Made by a program: the position numbers and the translations under genes | Notes under the pieces: generated by a model | What the model was told of the DNA's origin: nothing | Database searches by the model: none | Seen by the model: the letters and a program-made list of their open reading frames with translations, nothing else | Shown here: positions 54,513 to 64,000 of the stretch, in pieces | Layout: every line of letters starts with the position of its first letter | How positions within the stretch are numbered: the first letter of the stretch is position 1 | From: Thecamonas trahens ATCC 50062 | Taxonomy: Eukaryota; Protista; Apusomonadida | Reading direction: 5' to 3' | DNA length: 64,000 bases | Assembly (NCBI RefSeq): GCF_000142905.1 | Contig: NW_013657632.1 | Location: 1 to 64,000, forward strand

Positions 54513-57500
54513 TTACGAGTGGCTGAGCGGAAAATGCGCCGTCTTGGGTGAGCCACCACCAGAGGGACTGCCGATCGGGAGCGAGGCTGACGACGAGGCT
54601 TGCGACATGGGCGGCGGCTGGAGGAAGGCCTGCAGCCGAAGGCGGATGTCCCCGGAGACCCTGTTCTTCGATGACCGCCGCTGGAGAATAAAGACGTCAT
54701 CATGGCGCTCGCCGTCGCAAAACTTGGCAATGTTGATGACCACCCGTCCGAGGAACGAGTCGCGGAGCTTCTCCTTGCCCATGACCGACACCTCGATCGA
54801 CGGCACGTCGGTGTCAAGCGTGAGCACAAAGGCCTCGCGCCAGACCGGAGCTAGGCTCCGCTTCACCACCTTGGTCTTCCGCTTCGTCCGTCCGTGCTTG
54901 ACTTGACAGTACACGTTGGGCTTGTGACGGCCGGGCTGATGGAGGCCGCGGGCGTTGACCACTTCGACCTTGATCCGCGCCGAGAGGCTGCGCTCGCCAT
55001 CAGGCAAGCCTGCAGCCGACGATGACAAGTTGAGCGTCGGCGATGCTGTCAGGTCGGTCACCTCGTTGAGCGCCACCTGCGCCTGTGCTGGGATGGAAAG
55101 CTCGAGTTGCGGAAAGGCAGCCAAGATCGGCGAGCCGTCGTTGGCGTCGCGGATGCACTCAAAGTGGACACGCCCGAACCCGTCCTCGGTCTCGATGCGG
55201 ACCCATGGCGGCTCGTAGAAGAAGAGCCCGTGCATGTCGCGCGTGGCCGCCCGCACATTGGCCTCCAGCAGCGCAATTTGCTCCTCGACGGCCGCACGTT
55301 CCACCGAGCCCTCCAGATACAGCTCCTCAAGCGAGACGAGCCCAGTGAGCGTCCGCCGGTCGGCGGAGATCGATGCCTGGATCTGTTGCGCTTTGGCCTC
55401 GCGCTGCTCGGGCGTGGTGACGCCAACCAGCGGCTGCTGGCACGCTGCGCACATCGGCGCGCAATGAGCGTGGAACGACTCCTCGCCAAACAAAAGTGAC
55501 GAGAGCGGCTGCAGCAGCTTGCCGCAGGCTACGCACGGTTCCTTGGCTGTCTCGCTGGAGAAGAGCTCAAAGACAGACTTCTCACCAGGCGACTTGCGAT
55601 TGCCTGGGCTCGCCTTCTTGTTGCGGGAGACAAGCTGTGCGTGCTGTGGCGTCGAAAGCGCCATCTGGCCGGCTAGCCGCGGGCGCGGCGAGACCGGCGG
55701 TGGGCTTCCTGACTTGGGCAGCTGGAGCGTCGGCACTGGCGAGTCCGAGTCGCCCTTGCCCTTGTCCCGCCCGGGTGTGTCAACCTTGATGACAACGGCC
55801 GGACCTGCTCCATCGTCGCCGCCATTGGCGTCTTCGGCGGCCGGTGCCCCGAGCGCATGAATGTTGCCCTGCAATGACTTGATCTTGAGATTGGATTCCA
55901 GGAGCGCTTGCTTGGCCTCGTCAAGCGCAATTTGTAGCTCGGCGTTGTGGCTCTCAATCTCTTCGATCTCGGTCTCCAGCTCACGTGCGTATGCCACCTG
56001 ATTAGCCATCATTTGCATGACCTCCTGCAGCTTCGCCTTAAACTTATCCTCGAGTGCCACCGCTTTCTCCGTGATGTGCGCGTACTTGTCCTCCAGCACC
56101 GCCAGCTCGTCGCGGAGCCGCTCATTCTCGTTGTTGAGCTCGGCAACCACGTTGTGTGACATCGGATACGACGAGAGCGTCGAGACCGAGTCCATGGTCT
56201 CGTACGTCCACTGCTTCGAGTCGCGGAGCGTAGAGTAGCGGTCTCGGGCCGATGACTGCGCTTTGGTCGGGAGATCGTTGCGCTGCGCCGTGCCAACGTC
56301 TCTGCTCGAAGACGATTCCGAGTCGTGGGTCACTGCCGTGAGCGCCGTCCCGTCCGAGTCCGAATCGTCGCTTCGTTCGAGGGCTGATGCTTCGGCCTCG
56401 AGCTCGGCAATGTGAGCCTCGGCTCGCTTACGCGACGCCTCGGCTTCAGCCGATCGTGACTCCGCGACTGAGAGGGCAAACTCGAGCTCGTTGACTCGGC
56501 GCCCCAGATCGCGCACCTGCTCGGCACCCTCCTTTCCTGCAGAGAACAGCTCGGCCTCAAGCGAGGCCACCAATGACTTGGCCGAGTCACGCTCTTCCTC
56601 GAGGGCAGCCACCAGCGACGCCGCAGACTTGCGCTCGGCCTCGGCTTCGGCCTGTACCTCGTTCAGCGTCTCCTGAACATTGACAGCCTCATGCACCGCG
56701 CGAGCCACCTCATCCTGTGCCGCATCCAGCTGCTTCTCCAACTCGGCCACTTTCGCCGCCAGCTCGGCTTCAACGGACTCCTGCTCCTTGCTGTTGTTTC
56801 CGGCAGCCTGCAACGCCGATGCCAGCTCTGTCTGGAGCTCCTCGACCTGCTCACGCGCTGTCGCTGCTGCGGCCTCGGCGGCAGCTAGGTCGGCCTTGAG
56901 GGAGTCGATCTGCTTGCGGTCGGCCTCTGAGACCTGTGCAGCGGGCAATTCGACGTTGACGCCATTGGCTGCGGCTTGCAGCTGGACTTCGCCAGCCGCC
57001 AGCTGAGCTCGGAGCGCGCTGGCATCTTCACGCGCAGTTGTCGCCTGTTCCTCGGCAGCTGCCAACTGCGCCTGGAGCTTGACGACATCCTCACGCAGGG
57101 CTGTAGCGTCGGCCTCGGCAGCCGCAAGACGCTCGAGCGCCTCACTCTCGCCCGCGTCGTCATTGGTAGCACCACGCTCGAGTTCGGTCCGCAGCGAGAC
57201 CACAAGCGCGTCGGCAGCGGCGGTGGCTTGCGGGCAGCAGACAACTCCCGCGAGTTGGCAGCCAGGGCGGCCTCAGCCTCGATGAGCTTGACGGCGAGGG
57301 ACTCGTTCTCGGAGAGGAGTGAGGTTTGCTCCGACGCCTTGGCGGCGGACCGCTCGAGGTCGGCAGCGCGAGCAGCTTCGCGGTCGAGCGCGGCCCGGAC
57401 CGACACCAGCTCTGACTGAAGCTTGGCCGGATCGGGCTTGTGAAGCAACTGGTTCCTTAGGCTCGCATTTTCCTTCTGCAAGTCAAGCGCAGCACCTCTA

Positions 57501-58639
57501 GTGGCCCGAACATCGGCCGCCATGCTGTCGACCTTGTCCTTCAGTGCATCGCGCTCGGCCTCGAGCCGCGACGCCAGTGCGCCAATGTCATGGAGCTCGT
57601 CGCCCATCAACTGGCACTGCCGCTCCAGCGTAGCCAGTGCCAGTGCCGATGCCTCATCGACCTTGGCCTTGTTCGCCGACGACAATGGCGATGGCGATGG
57701 CGATGGCGACGAGGAGATGTCGCGCGGCAGAGTCTTGGCTTGGACACGCGCGGCGGATGCGGCTTCCCGCGCGGCCTCGGCCTCGCCACGCAGCACCTCG
57801 AGCGTCCGCTCCTGCTCGTTCATGATGGCGCGTGCTGCAGCCAGGAGCTCTTCCAGCTTGCCCGCGCGCTGTGCCTCGGCGTTGACACGGAGGCGGGCAT
57901 CAGCCTCGTTTCTAGCCAGGGCAGCCTCTAGCTCCATGACGGTGCGATGCTGCTTCTCGAGCGCAGCCTCGAGCGATGCCTTTTGACCCTCGCAGGCATG
58001 TATGCGGTGCTTGAGAGCCGCCACCTCGGAGAGAAGCGTCTCGTGCTCCGACTTGAGGACCGAGTTGACTCTTTCGAGGGCGCCGGCAGCTTCGAGGCGT
58101 ACCTGCAGCGCCGAGAGTGTCTGATCGCGCTCCTGGACCGAGGCAATCCACTGGATCCGGGCTGCCTCGTGCGCTGCGCGCTCGGCGTCGAGCGTCTGCG
58201 CGGCTGCTGCCTCACGGTCACGCATCCGCAAATACATCTCCTTATACTGCTCGGCGGCCATGTCGCGGCCCGAACCGACGAGGACTGCGTCTGAGGTGGC
58301 CAGCCGCGACGGCGGCTGCCGAGCCAGGGGCATCCACGTCGACCGTGAGGTCCGCTCCGTCGACGACAGAGCCAGCGGAACCTCGCGGAGGGCAGCGCTA
58401 CCGCCGCCTGTCGGTCGGTGTGCGTAGAGCGGGAGTGGCGCAGTCGCCGCCAAGCGGGACGGCGCCACCTGAGGCTCGTCGGCTCGTAGCCTTGCAGGCC
58501 CACCAAGGTCGGTCATGTGTAGTCCGCGCGACAGAGGATGCTCTGTCACACTCTCGCCCCGCTGCGCATCACGCTCAGCCCGCACCCGCGCAGTAAGCGC
58601 CTCCAGCTGCTGGCGGGCAGCATGCAGCCGCTCCTCCAT
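54513..58639 (-). CDS. Long coiled-coil protein with LIM-like zinc knuckles and C-terminal C2 domain, one -1 frame break at ~57230
   Basis: Extensive heptads; CVACGK...FHAHC...CAAC...HFEC; C2 signature VEVVNARGL...NVYC...KTKVVKRSLAPVWREAF...DSFLGRV...VSGDIRLRL. Confidence 0.72.
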
Positions 58640-58787
58640 GTTGGTGTGCAGACGTTCAAGAAGAAAGAGGGGGGAGGAAAGAGGGGGAGGGGGAGGAAGG
58701 GGGAGGGGGGGAAGGGGGAGGGGGAGGGGGAATAAGGAGAGAGAGAGGGAGAGAGAGAGAGGGTACCTGCAGTCGTGCGAACAAAAG

Positions 58788-59025
58788 NNNNNNNNNNNNN
58801 NNNNNNNNNNNNNNNNNNNNNNNNNNNNNNNNNNNNNNNNNNNNNNNNNNNNNNNNNNNNNNNNNNNNNNNNNNNNNNNNNNNNNNNNNNNNNNNNNNNN
58901 NNNNNNNNNNNNNNNNNNNNNNNNNNNNNNNNNNNNNNNNNNNNNNNNNNNNNNNNNNNNNNNNNNNNNNNNNNNNNNNNNNNNNNNNNNNNNNNNNNNN
59001 NNNNNNNNNNNNNNNNNNNNNNNNN
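58788..59025. other. Assembly gap (N run)
   Basis: N bases. Confidence 0.99.
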
Positions 59026-59186
59026 CATAACTGGTACTCTCAAACGGTCGGGCAAATACTTTTTGTTTGTGGTGGGCTCGCCAATCGCACCTCCCCCCCC
59101 CCCGTCCCTCCTCTTCCCCCCCTCTCGCCCTCTATGGCAGCAGCCTCTGGGCGCTCACCGAACCACTCCACTACCCATTGACAGCC

Positions 59187-61136
59187 ATGGCATACAGGGG
59201 AGGAGGAGCCAATGGTGGCATGGCCTACGGGGACAAAGACAAGCCGGTACGTGCTGCAGGGGGGGGGGGGGGGGGGGGGGAGGAGGGCTCACAGAGCTTG
59301 CCCACGAGTCGCACACTCACCGACACAAGGGCGCGGGCAAGAGTAGGTGTATGACGGTAGACGGCACCGCAAAGCGATTGTTCGGCGGACGATCGACTTT
59401 CATGCACCGACAACGCTGCTTGTGGAGCAACGGCCTTTTCTGCGTGGGCCAGAGGACCTCAAGGGCGTGCAGAAGCCCAAGGAGTGGTCGCTGGAGCTGC
59501 TCCCCCGGCGGCCTACTGGAACAACCCGGTGACCTCGCTTTGCTCGCGCTTTGCGCACACCTCGACCAACAAGCAGCCATTTCCGGTCAACGCGGTCTGC
59601 TGGACTCCCGAGGGCCGGAGGCTGGTCATGGGGGTGAGCTCGGGCGAGTTCTCGCTGTGGAATGGGCTCTGCTTCAACTTTGAGACGCTGCAGCAGAGTC
59701 ACGACAAGGCGGTGCGGGCCATGGAGTGGTCGCACGACGAGGACTGGATGATTTCGTGTGACGACGCCGGAGTGGTCAAGTACTGGCAGCCCAACTTTAA
59801 CAATGTCAAGACGCTGCAGGCGCATGAGTCGCCCATCCAGGACATCTCGTTCTCGCCGACAGACATGAAGTTTGTGACGTGCTCGGACGACACCTCGCTC
59901 AAGATCTGGGACTTTAACAACGTGCGCGAGGAGACAAGCCTCTACGGCCACCAGTGGGAGGTCAAGACTGTCCAGTGGCATCCGGAAAAGTGCCTCATTG
60001 CCTCGGGCTCCAAGGACCGACTCATTAAGCTGTGGGACGCGCGGACCGGCAAGAGTCTCACCTCGATCCACGCCCACAAGGAGTGCGTCCAGTCTGTCCA
60101 CTGGAACCCTGTGAACGGCAACTGGCTGCTCTCGGGCTCGCGCGACCAGCTCATCAAGCTCTTCGACATTCGCATGATGCGTGAGGTTCAGAGCTTCCGC
60201 GGCCACTCCAAGGAGGTGTGCTCCGTCCGCTGGCACCCTATCCACGAAGAACTGTTTGCTTCCGGCGGCTCGGTTGGTGATGTGCTGTTTTGGCTTGTTG
60301 GCCACGACGACGTGCAGGACTCGATCCTCAACGCCCACGAGTCGCAAGTCTTTGCCCTCGACTGGCACCCGATGGGTCACATCCTCACTTCCGGCTCCAA
60401 CGATCGCTCCGCCAAGTTCTGGTCGCGCCAGCGCATGGGCGACACAGAGCGCGAGCTGTACAACCCGGAGGCCCGCAAGGCCGCTCGCATGATGGCCCTT
60501 CACCAGCAGGTCGCCGCTACCCAAGTCTCGTCTACAGAAGTCACCGAGTTCTCTACACCGCTGGCCGGCTTTGGCCTCGACGCCGACACCAAGCTCGCGG
60601 TCCCAGCCCTCCCACTCAAGGCAAATCCCGAGGTCGCCGCACAGGTCGCAGAAGCCACACGCAACATCAAGTCATCGCTGGTCAAGCCCGAGAATGGTGC
60701 TCGCCGCGGGCCGGAGACCAAGTTTGTCCCGCCAGGCGCCCGCCCGCTGCCGCCTGGCATTCGCGGCCCACCGCGTCCGCCCATGCGTGGCCCGCCTCCA
60801 TCCATGCGAGGCCCGCCACCGCCCATGCGTGGCCCACCGCCCGGCATGCGCGGCCCGCCGCCGCCCGGCATGCGCGGCCCGCCGCCGCCCGGCATGCGTG
60901 GCCCGCCGCCCATGCGCGCCAACATGCGTGGCCCTCCCGGCCCACCACCACCAGGCTACGGCCGTGGCCCGCCTGGTCCGTCTGGCCCGCCTGGTCGCCC
61001 GCCCCCGGGCTACGGCCGCGGTCCGCCGCCGCCGGGCCCTCCGCCGCCGGGCATGCACAGCGGCCCTCCGCCTCCAGGCATGCGCGGTCACCCCGGCCCG
61101 CCGCCCAGGGGCCGTGGACCGCCGCCGCGGCGATGA
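59187..61136 (+). CDS. WDR33: Polyadenylation factor WDR33/PFS2 (exons 59187-59246, 59347-61136; -1 frame break at ~59504)
   Basis: YDGRRHRKAIVRRTIDF...ELLP|PAAYWNNP...HTSTNK, WTPEGRRL, GEFSLWNG..FNFETLQQSHD, seven WD repeats, KFWSR, GPP-rich tail. Confidence 0.93.
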
Positions 61137-61653
61137 GTCTTGGCCGCCACATTGACGTAAACTACCAGAGAGCCAGCAATCACGGGCCATCCATCGCCGG
61201 CTGCCCCGATAGCCATCGGCACGAACACCACCGCGCCAACTCGGCTGCGTCATTGCGCCAGCCAGTCAACCCGTGGCAGAGACGGCCCGTCACACCCGAC
61301 TCTCACAGCCTATGTGGCGGATCGGTGCTTCGGTACGTGGGCTTCAATGCACCTCCCTGACTATTCCCCTCCTCCCCCCCCACCCCCACCCCCCACCCCT
61401 ACCCGCTTGTCCCCTCGCCCGTTGCCGGCTTGCCCTTGCCTCGGAAGCCGCCGTGTCGGACGATCCGCAGCAGCAAGGCGACCGACAGCGGTGGGAAGCC
61501 GGGGGAGGTGCTGGCCGGACAGAGGGCCCTCGCAATGGCAGGTAGACGGCGACAGGCGAAAGTGGCGAGCAACTCACACCCAGGAATGCTACGGGGATGG
61601 GTGCGGAGTCGGCGTGGACAGCTGGCGCCGCGGGTAGCCCCGGCGCTCGGGCC

Positions 61654-64000
61654 ATGGCGGCTCGTCTGACGCGCTCGGCGGCCAGTACGTCTGCAGTGTG
61701 TTCGGGTGGGCGCGTCAACACAGGTCTGGCCAGCGTGATGCCGGCGTCGCTGGCGTTTGCGCGCCACGCAGGAAGCGGACAGCTCCGTGGGATGGCGACC
61801 GAGGCCGGTGGGCCGCTCAGCGCTGTCCGCGGATGGATGCAGAACGCCATCAAGGGCTTTGAGAACTTTGACGAGGGCGGGGCGAGGAAGCGCAAGGCTG
61901 GCGACGATGCGGCAAGTAAGGAGAGCGGGAGTGAGCAAAGAGCACGGCCGGAGAAGAAGAAGGGCGAGGATGGCGGAAGTGGCAAGCCGCCGCCGCCGGA
62001 GAACGAGCCGTCGACGGCGACGGTGGCGTCGCTGGTGGCGTCGATCGGGCTCTTTGGTGCGGTGCTGTATATGATGCCGAGCCGTGAGGCTGCCGACGGC
62101 GGCCCGCGCGAGATGACGTTCCAGGACTTTAAGCGCGACTACCTCTACACCGGCAAGGTCGACCGGCTGGAGGTGATGAACGGCGAACAGGTGCGGGTGT
62201 TTGCGTACGACTATGTTCCTGGTGGGGCGGACGGGACAGAGAGCGTGGCGCTCGAGGAGACGCCCGGCACCTCGATAGGGCTGGGCAAGGCGCCCAAGTT
62301 TGTGGGTGTTTTCTCGATCGGGTCTGTGGAGACGCTTGAGCGGCAGATGGACGAGGCGCAGTGGGAGCTGGCACTTGCGCCGGAGGACTACGTGCCGATC
62401 ACGTACAAGTCGGAGATGATGATGTCGTCGATCATGATGGCAGCGCTTCCGACGCTTGTGCTCATCGGGTTCTGGATCTGGGCCATGCGGCGGTTTTCGG
62501 GAGGCGGAGCCGGGCCAGGCGGACCGGGCGGCTCGGGACCGGGCTCGCTCCTCTCGATCACCAAGGCCAAGACGACGACGGCCGGGAGCGTGGCGGTCCC
62601 GGTCAAGTTTGCAGACGTGGCCGGAATGGACGAGGCCAAGCAGGAGATTGTCGAGTTTGTCGAGTTCCTTAAGCACCCGAGCAAGTTTACGGAGCTCGGC
62701 GCCAAGCCGCCCAAGGGCGCGATTCTTGTGGGCCCGCCGGGAACAGGCAAGACGATGCTGGCCAAGGCCATGGCTGGTGAGGCCGACGTGCCATTTTTCT
62801 CCATCTCGGGCTCGGACTTTATCGAGATGTTCGTGGGCGTCGGCCCGTCACGGGTCCGCGACCTGTTCAAGCAGGCGCGGGCGACGACGCCGTCAATCAT
62901 CTTTATCGACGAGATCGACGCGATCGGCAAGAAGCGGTCGTCGGGCGGGTTTTCGTCGGGCGGGTCGGACGAACGCGAGAACACACTCAATCAGCTGTTG
63001 GTGGAGATGGACGGATTCGACTCCAAGGACGAGGTGGTGGTGGTAGCGTCGACGAACCGGGTCGACATCCTCGATCCGGCGCTGCTGAGGCCAGGGCGAT
63101 TCGATCGCCAGATCGCGGTGGACAACCCGGACATTCGCGGGCGCGAGGACATTTTCAAGGTTCACCTGGCCAAGGTCAAGCTCGCCGAGACGGACAGCGC
63201 GGCCGTGGACAAGCTCCGCGCGCGGCTTGCCGAGCTCACGCCCGGCTTTTCCGGCGCCGACATTGCCAACGTCGTCAACGAGGCCGCTCTGCTTGCTGGG
63301 CGCTACAAGGCGTCGGGTGTCGAGTACTCACACTTTGAGGCGGCCATCGACCGGGTCATTGGCGGCCTCGAGCGGCGGTCGCGAGTGCTCTCGCCCGAGG
63401 AAAAGGTACGCGTTGCGTACCACGAGGCCGGCCACGCACTTGTGGGCTGGCTGCTGGAGCACACCGACCCGCTGCTCAAGGTCTCGATTGTTCCGCGCGG
63501 GCAGGCTGCACTCGGCTACGCGCAGTACGTGCCCAAGGAGCGGTTCTTGTACGCCGAGGAGGAGCTCCGTGACCGGATCTGTATGATGCTCGGCGGTCGG
63601 GTGGCCGAGGAGCTCAAGTTTGGCGTCATCTCGACCGGAGCCCGCGACGACCTTGACAAGGTGACCAAGCTCACCTACTCGCTCATCACCAAGTTTGGCT
63701 TTTCGCCGTCGATCGGCCAGCTCTCGTTCCCGGACCAGGGCGAGATGGAGTTTGAAAAGCCGTACTCGGAGGAGACCGCTGCAGCCATCGACCTCGAGGC
63801 CCGCGCCATCATCGATGACGCCTACGCCCGTACCAAGGACGTCATCGGCGCGCACATGGACAAGCTCGAGGAAATCGGCAAGCTGCTGATGGAGAAGGAG
63901 GTGATGCGGACCGACGACATGCTCGCCATCCTCGGCCCGCGGCCGCACGACCCGCCAGCCGAGCCAGAGACCAAGGCGTCGAGCGCCCCGGCGGCGCCGG
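61654..64000 (+). CDS. AFG3: Mitochondrial m-AAA protease AFG3/AFG3L2 (FtsH family), 3' partial
   Basis: Transit-peptide-like N-terminus, two TM segments, [63 protein letters not shown]; frame open to window end. Confidence 0.94.
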   Translation, partial: MAARLTRSAASTSAVCSGGRVNTGLASVMPASLAFARHAGSGQLRGMATEAGGPLSAVRGWMQNAIKGFENFDEGGARKRKAGDDAASKESGSEQRARPEKKKGEDGGSGKPPPPENEPSTATVASLVASIGLFGAVLYMMPSREAADGGPREMTFQDFKRDYLYTGKVDRLEVMNGEQVRVFAYDYVPGGADGTESVALEETPGTSIGLGKAPKFVGVFSIGSVETLERQMDEAQWELALAPEDYVPITYKSEMMMSSIMMAALPTLVLIGFWIWAMRRFSGGGAGPGGPGGSGPGSLLSITKAKTTTAGSVAVPVKFADVAGMDEAKQEIVEFVEFLKHPSKFTELGAKPPKGAILVGPPGTGKTMLAKAMAGEADVPFFSISGSDFIEMFVGVGPSRVRDLFKQARATTPSIIFIDEIDAIGKKRSSGGFSSGGSDERENTLNQLLVEMDGFDSKDEVVVVASTNRVDILDPALLRPGRFDRQIAVDNPDIRGREDIFKVHLAKVKLAETDSAAVDKLRARLAELTPGFSGADIANVVNEAALLAGRYKASGVEYSHFEAAIDRVIGGLERRSRVLSPEEKVRVAYHEAGHALVGWLLEHTDPLLKVSIVPRGQAALGYAQYVPKERFLYAEEELRDRICMMLGGRVAEELKFGVISTGARDDLDKVTKLTYSLITKFGFSPSIGQLSFPDQGEMEFEKPYSEETAAAIDLEARAIIDDAYARTKDVIGAHMDKLEEIGKLLMEKEVMRTDDMLAILGPRPHDPPAEPETKASSAPAAP

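Overview
GC-rich, gene-dense, intron-poor eukaryotic nuclear DNA from a flagellated protist. Style and gene content suggest an apusomonad such as Thecamonas, but that is inference. About 25 protein-coding genes in order: condensin II H2, WDR7-like, separase, GH38 alpha-mannosidase, ISD11, FAM114-like, RPS3A, STE20/MST3 kinase, mevalonate-PP decarboxylase, a membrane RasGEF-like protein, a tandemly duplicated coiled-coil orphan, a multi-EF-hand protein, a TOM1/GPR137-like 7TM protein, a membrane class I PDE, CCDC180-like, a TEY MAPK, FAM228-like, a divergent XRN, DDX3/DED1, OATP/SLCO, a stand-alone Yvh1 zinc domain, a coiled-coil/C2 protein, WDR33 and AFG3. There are three assembly gaps and no supported RNA genes, transposons or CRISPR. 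Most notable: (1) a voltage-sensor/ion-channel-like module resembling that of alveolate adenylyl cyclases, fused to a degenerate RasGEF; (2) a ~50-bp patch in one copy of a tandem duplication where nearly every G has become A; (3) eight reading-frame breaks in six genes, seven of them -1 and all at short homopolymers, most likely assembly error; (4) a multi-TM insert inside a GH38 mannosidase; (5) a ~38-aa insert between the Q motif and motif I of DDX3. Family calls come from recognised motifs; no database searches were run.
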